A stretch of 46,449 nt of DNA. Source: Desulfomonilaceae bacterium (GTDB taxonomy: Bacteria > Desulfobacterota > Desulfomonilia > Desulfomonilales > Desulfomonilaceae). The notes below the pieces were generated by a model that ran no database searches, was not told the DNA's origin, and worked only from the letters and a program-made list of their open reading frames with translations. Below are positions 37,736-46,449 of this stretch, in pieces. How positions within the stretch are numbered: position 1 is the stretch's first letter; each line of letters begins with the position of its first letter. Position numbers and translations under genes: made by a program. The DNA lies in assembly GCA_052144015.1 (NCBI GenBank), contig JBKQRG010000380.1, positions 1 through 46,449 on the forward strand, written 5' to 3'.

Positions 37736-39241
37736 CTAAAAGACTAACTCTCTGGCCTCGATAAGCCGCTGAACCACTTTCTTTTGGCCTATTAGTTCCA
37801 GCATTTCGAATAGACTCGGACCTACTGATGTACCTGAGACCGCGGTACGCGCTGCGTTGATTATTAGCCCGGGCTTTATGTCCTTTTCTTCCGCAAAGGA
37901 CCGGAAAACCGCTTCGATTGCTGAATTGGAAAATTCCGGAAGGATTTCAAGCCTCCGTGCAAGCTCGGGAAGATATTCGGCCAGCTTCGGGTCTTTTTTC
38001 AGGTTCTTTTTCACCGCATCCGGATCAAAATCAAATTGATCGGAAAAATAGCTGCGAGCTCTCGTGGAAAAATCCTTCAGAGTAAAATAGCGTGCGCGGA
38101 TCAGGTCGACCGCCTTTGAAAACCAATCGCGCTTTTCATTACCAAATGCGTCTGTCCACAAACCGGATTCCTTAAGCTCTTGTTCCACTAGAGGGAGCAA
38201 CTCGTCGAGAGGCATAGTTCGGATGTATGTGGAATTGAAGTGAATGGCTTTCGGGTCTGTCCAATTCTTGGGATCCCCAGGCACATAATTGAAGATGGAA
38301 TTAGACCGATTGATCCGAGATAGATCAAAGGCTTCTACAAGTTCCTCACGGGTGAAAAATTCTCCTCCATCCGCCGGTGACCACCCCAGAAGCGCCAGAA
38401 AATTGCAGAGCGCCCATGGAAGAAAACCCATGTGTTTATAATAAGCAACAGTGGCGACTTCTCCGTGAGTCCTTTTGGAGAGCTTCGCCTTCTTATTATC
38501 AAGTGTCAGGGGCATGTGTGCGAAAACCGGAGGATCTATACCGAGGGCTTTGTAGATCAAAACTTGTTTCGGAGTATTGGCCAATCCATCGGCTCCTCTT
38601 ATCACGTGAGTAATATGGTCCAAAGAGTCATCCACCGCGTTGCTCAGAATGTACAGAGGGCGTCCGTCGGATCGCAAGATGACAAAATCTTCTATGTCAA
38701 CCGCTCTTTTTACCATAGAACCATAAACCGCATCTTTAAAAGCCACTGTCGCGCTGGGATCACGTGGAACGCGAAACCTGATCACATGCGGCACGCCCTG
38801 CTCTACTCTTTCCTGCACCTGCTCGGGTGATAGCTCTCGACAGCGGCCGTCATACATAAACGCGACTCGCCTGGCTTCAGCGGCCTTCCGCTGCTCATCC
38901 AGTTCCTCCTTGGTGCAGAAGCAGCGGAATGCATTACCGCGGTAAAGCAGCTCATGAGCAGCTTCCACATGCTTCGGAATATTTGCGCTCTGATAAAAAG
39001 GACCTTCGTCCCAGTCCAGCCCAAGCCAGCTCAATCCATCAAGTATTCCTTGGACAGAATCCTGCGTGGAGCGCTCTATATCCGTGTCTTCAATGCGCAG
39101 GATAAAAATACCATTTGTCTTTCTTGCCCAAAGCCAATTGTACAAAGCAGTGCGCGCGCCGCCTAGGTGCAGGTAGCCCGTGGGTGACGGCGCAAAACGC
39201 ACCCTGACCTGTTCCTGAGAATTCGCTCTTATTGCGCTCAT
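37736..39241 (-). CDS. gltX: glutamate--tRNA ligase
   Basis: RVRFAPSPTGYLHLGGARTALYNWL (HIGH region) and the KLSKR motif. Full-length (501 aa) class-I GluRS. Confidence 0.9.
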   Translation of the reverse strand: MSAIRANSQEQVRVRFAPSPTGYLHLGGARTALYNWLWARKTNGIFILRIEDTDIERSTQDSVQGILDGLSWLGLDWDEGPFYQSANIPKHVEAAHELLYRGNAFRCFCTKEELDEQRKAAEARRVAFMYDGRCRELSPEQVQERVEQGVPHVIRFRVPRDPSATVAFKDAVYGSMVKRAVDIEDFVILRSDGRPLYILSNAVDDSLDHITHVIRGADGLANTPKQVLIYKALGIDPPVFAHMPLTLDNKKAKLSKRTHGEVATVAYYKHMGFLPWALCNFLALLGWSPADGGEFFTREELVEAFDLSRINRSNSIFNYVPGDPKNWTDPKAIHFNSTYIRTMPLDELLPLVEQELKESGLWTDAFGNEKRDWFSKAVDLIRARYFTLKDFSTRARSYFSDQFDFDPDAVKKNLKKDPKLAEYLPELARRLEILPEFSNSAIEAVFRSFAEEKDIKPGLIINAARTAVSGTSVGPSLFEMLELIGQKKVVQRLIEARELVF

Positions 39242-39873
39242 CTGTCGGTAGGATCCAAAATTACTACTTTTGCCGATGTTGCGGCCTTGAATTTATCCCG
39301 ATCGTCCAATGTCCCCACGATGTCACCACAATGCATGGGAACTGCAACTTTGGGATTAATCTTATTGACGGCTTCAGCGGCCTGTTTCACGGTCATGGTA
39401 TACGTCCCGCCTACGGGAATCAAGGCCACATCTGCATTGGTGCCCGCCATCTCAGGTATCATGTCGGTATCGCCGACGTGATAAATTCTTACACCATCAA
39501 CAGTGACAATGTATCCGACCCAGTTGTTCTTCTTTGGGTGAAAGTCTTTGTCTGTATTATAGGACGGGATTGCTTCCACCTTCACATCACCAACAGTAAG
39601 GCTTTGACCGGGGGCTATGGTTTTAAAGGAATCTCCGAAACTCGCTTGGCAATCCGGCGGTCCGATGATAGTTGTACTAGCTTTGCGTATTCGAGCCACA
39701 TCTTCCTCGGAAAGGTGGTCAAAATGACTGTGAGTAATACAAACTACGTCCGCGGGTTTGGTGCTTTTCAGTTTCCACGGATCTATATAAACGATTGATT
39801 TTGACCCATCTATCCTGAAACTTGCGTGACCCAGCCAGGTGATCTTTTCCTTCACAAAAGATTCGATATCCAT
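39238..39873 (-). CDS. MBL-fold metallo-hydrolase
   Basis: The ITHSHFDHL (HxHxDH) motif, plus downstream His/Asp ligands. It overlaps gltX by 4 nt. Confidence 0.8.
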   Translation of the reverse strand: MDIESFVKEKITWLGHASFRIDGSKSIVYIDPWKLKSTKPADVVCITHSHFDHLSEEDVARIRKASTTIIGPPDCQASFGDSFKTIAPGQSLTVGDVKVEAIPSYNTDKDFHPKKNNWVGYIVTVDGVRIYHVGDTDMIPEMAGTNADVALIPVGGTYTMTVKQAAEAVNKINPKVAVPMHCGDIVGTLDDRDKFKAATSAKVVILDPTDR

Positions 39874-40688
39874 AGGTCATCTCCTTTTATTTTAACTAAC
39901 CACCTAAATGGTTGGCGTTCTATTCCAAAGGCACCCCCCCGTGACCAATCCCTTATTCTAAGCATGGACAAATTGGATTGCAAATCATTGAACCAAGATA
40001 TGATAGAATCAAGCAGAGCGAGCGCCATAATTCGGACCCGTTGTACGTCGTTGCTAATGGACATTCTCATCCCACATGGTCTCTCTTCTGATGAGGAACC
40101 CCTCCGTGAGCCCTTTCTCATAGGTTGGAAGTTCAAGGAGAGAGGACTTTTCAATGAGAGGTTTGGCAGACCACGTCCAGGACCGGCCAGAAACGCTCAC
40201 CGATGTATCCTCTTATGGTTTCAACGATTAACGCGTTCCGCAATCTTGGAGCTGGGTACAAAGGTTAGTCAAGGGGGTTTCCTTTATGCATTCAGAAACA
40301 AATTCGCCGAGCATCAGGAGAGCATCTCCAACTCCTCGAAGAACACGAACAGACCGGGATTGGATCATGTTTTCTCTCGGAGTCTTATTAATATTTATAT
40401 TTCTTGTTATAGGGTATTTCAGTGTTTTGCCACACAGCAAGGGGACCGGTGGCGTAATTCGCGGTCCGGTCAAAGATCCGAATGCGGTACAGCTACAGAG
40501 TATCCCGGGGGAGGCACCCCTGAAACAAAAATAATAAAACCCCTTCAGACGGGCTTATCGGTCTTGCCTTGCCGTTAACTGAACGGGGTTTCGGACTAAA
40601 TTATTATAAATCACAAGCCCCCTGAATGAACAGGTAAATTAAATTTTTCATTTGCTTGACCAGCTCGATCCGAATCGTTGGAGAAAAT

Positions 40689-41357
40689 ATGATTGCGGTA
40701 TTAAGGACATTAATCAGACTTTTTCTTACCGGCGCGGCCACACTATTACCTTTTGTAATCACTTTATACATCGTGAGCTGGGGGGTGATGCTCGCGGACG
40801 CACATATTGGGCCGAGCAGCAATTTCGGGGTTTTTATAGTAAAACTGGTCGGTCCTGATTACAAATATTTGGGATACCTTGTAGGGTATTTTGTGGCTAT
40901 CGGTCTACTAATTTTATTGGGTTTTTTGGTAACCCGAGCCACAGTTGCGCGCATTCAAAGAGCGATAGATTCCACAGTCGCAAAAATCCCCCTCGTTGGA
41001 AAAATATATATGGGAGTTGGCCAAATTGTTGATTTATTCGGGAGGAAAGATCAATCCGGATCGGAACGTTTCGGAGTAGTAGGACAGATACGTGTGGGAA
41101 ACGTCAAAATCTTAGGATTTCTAACTTCCGGCGATACTTACATTATGTCCGATGGTCGAGAGCACCTGCTGGTATATATTCCGAACTCTCCCATCCCTTT
41201 TACCGGATTCAATATGCTTGTCCCCTCCGAGGATTTTCAGCGGTTGGAGATCCCGGTGGAAGATGCAATGAAGCTTTTGATGTCCTTCGGGTTACTTGGC
41301 CGCGATGTACTGAAACCGGCCGCATCCGGAAATAAAGATCACGATGTGACTCAATAG
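40689..41357 (+). CDS. DUF502-family membrane protein
   Basis: A GGAGAA RBS is present. Two N-terminal TM helices and a conserved ...SEDFQRLEIPVEDAMKLLMSFG... C-domain typical of DUF502. Confidence 0.6.
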   Translation: MIAVLRTLIRLFLTGAATLLPFVITLYIVSWGVMLADAHIGPSSNFGVFIVKLVGPDYKYLGYLVGYFVAIGLLILLGFLVTRATVARIQRAIDSTVAKIPLVGKIYMGVGQIVDLFGRKDQSGSERFGVVGQIRVGNVKILGFLTSGDTYIMSDGREHLLVYIPNSPIPFTGFNMLVPSEDFQRLEIPVEDAMKLLMSFGLLGRDVLKPAASGNKDHDVTQ

Positions 41358-41374
41358 GATCTTGCCCCAGGAAA

Positions 41375-41812
41375 TCATTGCCCCTTCTTGAATAGTCCAC
41401 CCAGGCTGAATTTACTCTTTTTTTCGTCTGCGGCTTTCACGTTTGAGCTTTCAGCATGAGTTTTCTCCCCACCTTTCTTGCCCGGAGTTGTTGGCTCTTC
41501 GGGTTTAAAGGTGAGCAATTCGGTCAAGGTCACGGTATCGAGGAATTCCTCATCCATCTCATCAGGAGGGGGCGGCAGCAGTGATGGGGTAGGTATCTCA
41601 GGCTCCTTTTTAACCAGCTTAAATCGAACGCCGCGTTTATTCAAATCTTCTTCAGTGATGAGCTTACGGGCGAGCAGTTGTCTGAGAAGATCTGAAAAAC
41701 CTTTAGGAGTGATTTTGAATTTCTCCAGCAACTGCGCATTGGTTAGAGGTCCGCGTATTGCTTCGACAGCATCCCGTGCGCTTACGTTTCTGGCTTTTTC
41801 ATCCGCAGTCAT
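41375..41812 (-). CDS. hypothetical protein
   Basis: About 145-aa ORF with a basic N-terminus and an acidic/Pro-rich C-terminus. No recognisable domain. Confidence 0.35.
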   Translation of the reverse strand: MTADEKARNVSARDAVEAIRGPLTNAQLLEKFKITPKGFSDLLRQLLARKLITEEDLNKRGVRFKLVKKEPEIPTPSLLPPPPDEMDEEFLDTVTLTELLTFKPEEPTTPGKKGGEKTHAESSNVKAADEKKSKFSLGGLFKKGQ

Positions 41813-42072
41813 GGGCCGATCCTTGACCGAGGCATTATATATTATTCTCACAATGCTGAAAATTGCTTTTCAGGATATCCATCAAGTATTCGCAAATTGT
41901 TAAATTCCTCAGCGGTGAACACATTTTACTCTCAAGGACATCGATAAAATCAATTTCTGAAAAATTACCGGAGAGTATCACATTCAAAAAAGGTTTTCTT
42001 CTTTGATAATTTCTGTATTATCCCGCTGCCCCCGAAAGGACGTTCTTAAGCGTTTACCATGTTGGAGCGCTC

Positions 42073-43302
42073 GTGAGTCTTCGTTGGAAACTGGTACTGG
42101 TCTCGTTGCTTTATTTTGCTGAAGGATTCCCTTTCGGGATTATTGAGAAGACCTTTACGGTTTATTTTCAGAGACATGACTGGTCATTGCCCGATTTGGG
42201 CCTTCTGAGTTTGGCTCTCCTACCATACGCGCTGAAGTTTCTCTGGGCTCCTGCAGTTGATTTCCTTGGCACTCGTCGTCTGTGGATAGCTGCATCACAA
42301 GTTCTTATGGCAGCACTTCTTTGTGCCTTTATTTTTCTGGACCCCACCAAACCTGGAATTCTGCTCTGGACCTCTATTTTCGCGGTTGCAACTTTGTCGG
42401 CGACTCAGGATATTGCTATAGATGCCTACACCATCGAGTTACTCAATACTTCGGAAATGGGTTTAGCCAATGGATTCAGAATTGCCACTTATCGTATAGC
42501 GTTGTTGACCTCAGGTGGTCTATTTGTCGCTATGAGTGGAAGGATAGGGTGGTATCTTACTTTTTTTATTGCCGCAAGTGTCCTCGGTTTTTGCAGTATT
42601 GTCTCTTTGAGACTTCCACCCATCGAAATCCAGCGTCCTCCTGTCTCTTTAAAAACATTAGTGGCGCCGATAGGCGATTTGCTTAAACGGCCTGTGGTGA
42701 TCCCGGTCGGCCTTTTCATACTCTTGTACAAACTCGGAGATATGTCTATGGCCCCAATGGTGATTCCTTTTTGGGGTATAAGCGGGTTAGGCGATGATGC
42801 AATCGGCCTGATCACCGGTTTGGGAATGGGGTTCTCTATTGCAGGAGGTCTTGCCGGCGGAGTCTTTATGGCACGCTTCGGGATCTTCCACGGGCTTTGG
42901 TTTTTAGGTCTGTGGCAAGCGGTGAGCAACTTAGGCTATGCATGGGTTGCTACATATCCGGCAGGAAATTTGGGTATTTATATAGCATCAGCAATAGAAT
43001 CATTTTGTGCCGGGCTTGGTACTGCGGCATTCCTGGCATTCCTCATGAGCATCTGCGAGAAGCGTTTTTCTGCAACCCAGTACGCGGTACTCTCTGCTCT
43101 TTTCAGAGTAAGCGGTATTATGGCCGGTGCCCCCAGTGGATGGTTAGCCCAATATATGGGCTTTGCCCAATATTTTCTTTTTACCTTTTTTCTTTCTCTG
43201 CCTGGTTTAGCCCTCGTCGGCTATGCGCGGAGATGGATACCCTCTGATTCAGAATCGAGCCCTGATCAATCATCTTCTCAGGAAAAAACAGAAGCATCAT
43301 AG
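42073..43302 (+). CDS. MFS transporter, AmpG-like
   Basis: 12 predicted TM helices. The N-terminal YFAEGFPFGII resembles the AmpG/MFS signature. Confidence 0.65.
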   Translation: MSLRWKLVLVSLLYFAEGFPFGIIEKTFTVYFQRHDWSLPDLGLLSLALLPYALKFLWAPAVDFLGTRRLWIAASQVLMAALLCAFIFLDPTKPGILLWTSIFAVATLSATQDIAIDAYTIELLNTSEMGLANGFRIATYRIALLTSGGLFVAMSGRIGWYLTFFIAASVLGFCSIVSLRLPPIEIQRPPVSLKTLVAPIGDLLKRPVVIPVGLFILLYKLGDMSMAPMVIPFWGISGLGDDAIGLITGLGMGFSIAGGLAGGVFMARFGIFHGLWFLGLWQAVSNLGYAWVATYPAGNLGIYIASAIESFCAGLGTAAFLAFLMSICEKRFSATQYAVLSALFRVSGIMAGAPSGWLAQYMGFAQYFLFTFFLSLPGLALVGYARRWIPSDSESSPDQSSSQEKTEAS

Positions 43303-43548
43303 AATCGGCCATTGACGTGGCACGTAACTTGCTACATTATATATTCAACAACGACTCCTTTAACCATACCCTCAGCCCTCCTGCAATAGGTGGGCTTATT
43401 TTTTGTCTGTTTTTCAGGACCTTAGAAGCTCTGTACATAACCAATGCTGTGACAATTTTGGACCCGGCTGACGAAATGTTTCTCACCTGCCCTTAGATAT
43501 GGATAGAATTTTCACGATATTATATTTGACATACCCAAGGGGGAAACC

Positions 43549-44505
43549 GTGAGAATTTTATCCGAAGCTTTTGATTTGCAAAAAGACAAGAAATTGCGCG
43601 ATGATAATCTACTTCAACCTTGTAAAATAGTGAGTTTATGGGAAATGCTTGAATTTTACGCAGCCCTTTTTGTCCAGGTTTCACAATTCTTAGAGATGAT
43701 AAAGCACGCCGATGTATTTTTCCGTGACACCGACTGGCAACCTGATGAATGGAAATTGCTACAAAGCAAACTAATAAAAATATTAGCTTATCACCAAATT
43801 GACCTGGGGAAAATACGTTTGATTCATTCTGAAAAGAGAGCCAAAAAACTACTCGAAGCAATCGTCGGGATTAATAGGCAAAACATTCAAAAAAACAGCG
43901 ATCAAATAAAAAAGGGAATTGATGACCTGCATGAAATGTTCGTCGAAGAGCTTGAGAAGCACAAACTGTTTATCATTAGACCCGAGCGCGCAGAGTATTA
44001 CAGGAAAGGCGCCGCCTTTTTAGGCAAGAACTTGTTAGATGAGTTTCCAGACCTACTTGAAGACGCGAACGAAGGAGCCGCTTGTTTCGCTGTTGGCCGA
44101 TACACGGCTTGCGCTTTCCACCTCATGCGAATCATGGAATATGTCGTCCAACAATTCGCTCTCAAATTGGAAATTACATTTGATCCCAATGAGGATACGT
44201 GGGGGGTCATGCTTGATCGTGTTAAACAAAAAATTGACAAGTGGGACAAAGAACGTAAAAGACCAAGCCCTGCGAAAAAGAAATATGCCGCATGTTACAA
44301 ATCAATAGACGGTATGAGACCTCGACGAGATGATCTCATACACCACAGGGATTATTATACAGACGAACGCGTTGGCGACTTAAAAGGCAGGGTTAAATCA
44401 TGTGTAGAGGACTATTTGAAACTTCCTGACTGGAAACTCCTATTCGAGCCTAAAGCCTCAGAGTTGAAGCTTGTAGGTCACGACTCAAGAACTAAGAGAG
44501 AATAA
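43549..44505 (+). CDS. low-GC hypothetical protein with a C-terminal R-x4-H (HEPN-like) motif; candidate defence/Abi gene
   Basis: About 38% GC against roughly 50% elsewhere. The C-terminus has ...RPRRDDLIHHRD... (R-x4-H). It is followed by a perfect 12-bp hairpin and lies next to an IS. Confidence 0.4.
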   Translation: MRILSEAFDLQKDKKLRDDNLLQPCKIVSLWEMLEFYAALFVQVSQFLEMIKHADVFFRDTDWQPDEWKLLQSKLIKILAYHQIDLGKIRLIHSEKRAKKLLEAIVGINRQNIQKNSDQIKKGIDDLHEMFVEELEKHKLFIIRPERAEYYRKGAAFLGKNLLDEFPDLLEDANEGAACFAVGRYTACAFHLMRIMEYVVQQFALKLEITFDPNEDTWGVMLDRVKQKIDKWDKERKRPSPAKKKYAACYKSIDGMRPRRDDLIHHRDYYTDERVGDLKGRVKSCVEDYLKLPDWKLLFEPKASELKLVGHDSRTKRE

Positions 44506-44546
44506 TTGGCCTTGACATTCTGCCATGTACGCGTATTTTGGGTTTG

Positions 44547-44576
44547 CGGGACTAGTAGCACCACCTACTAGTCCCG
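44547..44576 (+). terminator. perfect 12-bp stem/6-nt loop hairpin downstream of the 43549 gene (no U-tract)
   Basis: CGGGACTAGTAG-caccac-CTACTAGTCCCG, read directly from the sequence. Confidence 0.3.
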
Positions 44577-45110
44577 GTTAATGGGGTGAAAAATCACCCA
44601 GTGAACAGTGTCCAGAGCAACCGGATGATGTCGGCTGTTAGCTCTGGATTGCGGGCTATCCAACGAAGGACGGCCCGAGCGATCCGTGCAAAAGCACGGA
44701 AACCTCTTGGATTGGGGCTATGCCTCATAACCCAATCCTCCCGTAATCCCCCGTCATGTAGGACCAAACCGCCTACAATATTCGGGTGAAATCATGAGGG
44801 GAGGCCATATTTCGACTCCCTCCCCTCATGTTCGGGACCTTTATCGCAACATTACAAGCCTGTCAAGCTTTTGGGTAATAAAAAGAACCACTTGCGCGCG
44901 GCAATAAGAACTTACGCGAACTGTGAGGAATAGGGGCTAGTTACTGTGTCTTTTTATTTGTTCGGGTTGCTATGTTTTTGGCTGAAGCTATTTTCTTCAT
45001 TGTCTCCTCAAACCGCTCTTCCGCATGTTCATCCTGTATCCGCTCGGCTGTCTCAATGAACCGAGCGGATTCTTCGGGATCATCCCACTCGGGTTTCTTT
45101 TTTTCGTTCA

Positions 45111-46088
45111 TTAGTTCATTATTCCCCCTTGATTAGTCGTTTGATAGGTCAGACGCCTTCCGACTATGCCTCTAAGCAGAATATCGGCTCTCTCAATATC
45201 AGTAAAGCCCTTGCGTGCAGGCCGTTTCTTAGTTTTGGGTCTGCTGCACCGATTATTATATCTGAAATCAAATTCAGCAAGATAACGGTGAAGATGCCGT
45301 TTCTTGCACCATTGATATACTCCCTTCATCCCTCTCTTAAAGACTGAAAAGAAGCCTTCGACGGTGTTAGTGTGAATTTCTGGATATCTCCTGGAGACGT
45401 ACTCACCGTCAGAATGATTAACAATTCCGTGAGCTGCAAAACAGCCCCTTAATTCTGATTTAGCATAATATCCAGCATCATCAGTGACAAGACGGGCTTC
45501 CTTGTTAATATTCTCTTGAAGAATCGGTATGATAGTTTTAGCATTCACGGCATCTATTACGAAACTCCTTGAATGACCGGAGGTTCGATCAATAAGCGAC
45601 AAGACTTTCTGTTTATGATGATAGCTTGGTCGTTTCTTTACACCTGGCTCTTTTCCAATGAAAGTTTCATCCGATTCCACGATTCCGCCGTTTGCCCCAA
45701 ATGGTGCCAAATCACCATTTCTCATAGCTTCCCGAATCCGATGACTCATAAACCAAGCAGTCTTGAGAGTAACGCCTAAAGTCCTGTGAAGCTGGTTTGA
45801 ACTGATTCCCTTCTTGGATGAACCCATAAGATAAAACGCCTGGAGCCATTTAAACATCGGAACATGGCTATCCTCAAATATAGTGCCAATCTTGACAGTA
45901 AAAGGCTTTCGGCAAACATAACACTTATACAAGCCTATTCGAGTGCTTTTGCCTTTCATCTTGCTTATGCGAGTAGTGGCTCCGCAATGAGGACAAACGG
46001 GACCATTAGGCCAAAGCCGAGCTTCAATGTATGCGTACGCGTCTTCCTCGTTATGGAAATGAATTGCTGATAATACTGAGGTTTTCAT
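45111..46088 (-). CDS. IS1595-family (ISXO2-like) transposase
   Basis: N-terminal zinc-ribbon CPHCG...CYVC, a DDE region, and the family-typical C-terminal HLHRYLAEFDFRYNNR. A GGGGGAG RBS is present. Confidence 0.85.
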   Translation of the reverse strand: MKTSVLSAIHFHNEEDAYAYIEARLWPNGPVCPHCGATTRISKMKGKSTRIGLYKCYVCRKPFTVKIGTIFEDSHVPMFKWLQAFYLMGSSKKGISSNQLHRTLGVTLKTAWFMSHRIREAMRNGDLAPFGANGGIVESDETFIGKEPGVKKRPSYHHKQKVLSLIDRTSGHSRSFVIDAVNAKTIIPILQENINKEARLVTDDAGYYAKSELRGCFAAHGIVNHSDGEYVSRRYPEIHTNTVEGFFSVFKRGMKGVYQWCKKRHLHRYLAEFDFRYNNRCSRPKTKKRPARKGFTDIERADILLRGIVGRRLTYQTTNQGGIMN

Positions 46089-46449
46089 GGTCTCCCCCTT
46101 TAGTCCCCCTATACTATCAAAAAAAGATGGGTATGTCAAGTGTAATAACGTCAGAATTTTTGCAGTTCAACTCCGATTTGGTTCTATAGGAGATTCTTGA
46201 AAATAGGTGCGAAAAAGGACGGGATTTGATGGCCGCGGACACCCTGCGTGGGATCGGCGCTGATGCAAATTCCGGTAGCGACCGGTCTCCGGAGACCGTC
46301 TCAAAACTCAGAATGGAGAAAGAATCACGCCGCACTTGTCGTTCCCATAATTTAAGGACAGCATTGGTTCCGTAGGAACCTTTGAAAGTAGCCCGGTGAT
46401 TCAGAAACTGTCTCAGAATTATTTTATCTGCCAAAATCGTAGCACGATG

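Noticed and set aside
39826-40578. 250-aa ORF on the plus strand
   Set aside because: It runs antisense through the start of the MBL-fold gene and the intergenic region and has an odd composition. Only the short TM-containing tail (roughly 40367-40534) might be a real small membrane protein, and even that is uncertain.
45095-46165. Terminal inverted repeats of the IS1595 element
   Set aside because: Only weak, gapped similarity exists between the putative ends (TCTTTTTTTCGTTCATTAG against the reverse complement ATCTTTTTTTGATAGTATAG). This is not convincing without a reference IS.
1-46449. tRNA / rRNA / tmRNA / RNase P / SRP RNA genes
   Set aside because: By eye I found no tRNA T-arm or acceptor signatures (GTTCGANTCC-type) and no conserved cores of the larger RNAs. 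The 31012-31699 and 44586-44940 gaps were checked specifically.

Overview
This 46.4 kb window looks like chromosomal DNA from a Gram-negative bacterium, tentatively a Desulfobacterota-like anaerobe. Supporting genes are TonB, PilT, sigma-32 (RpoH), a TauE/SafE exporter and secreted nitroreductase-like and DUF922 proteins, at roughly 50% GC. Most of the window is housekeeping. The ends and middle carry the heat-shock cluster hsp20-rpoH, bioB, recA-pilT, gltX, an NfeD/flotillin pair, a hicAB toxin-antitoxin module and an MFS/AmpG-like transporter. 

The most notable feature is that the competence/Mg-chelatase-like gene comM (yifB) is split in two. Its 5' part ends at 17988 and its 3' part restarts at 30136, in frame, once a roughly 12.15 kb insertion is removed. 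The insertion ends in a large serine recombinase whose stop codon overlaps the resumed comM ATG, so it is an integrative element with attL/attR inside comM. The element has no capsid, terminase or tail genes. It encodes a Klentaq-like family-A DNA polymerase that differs from my recollection of Taq Pol I at three active-site positions, a Rep-like wHTH protein, a MerR-type small protein, a Cas4-like PD-(D/E)xK nuclease next to a Rad52-like annealing protein, a secreted beta-rich cargo protein, a remnant of a reverse transcriptase and AT-rich iteron-like DNA. This suggests a satellite or integrative-plasmid-like replicon rather than a prophage. 

Other notable items are a family of roughly 80-110 bp palindromic REP/MITE-like repeats (three copies), an IS1595-family transposase next to a low-GC candidate HEPN-like gene, and several intergenic palindromes. 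I found no tRNA, rRNA or CRISPR array.
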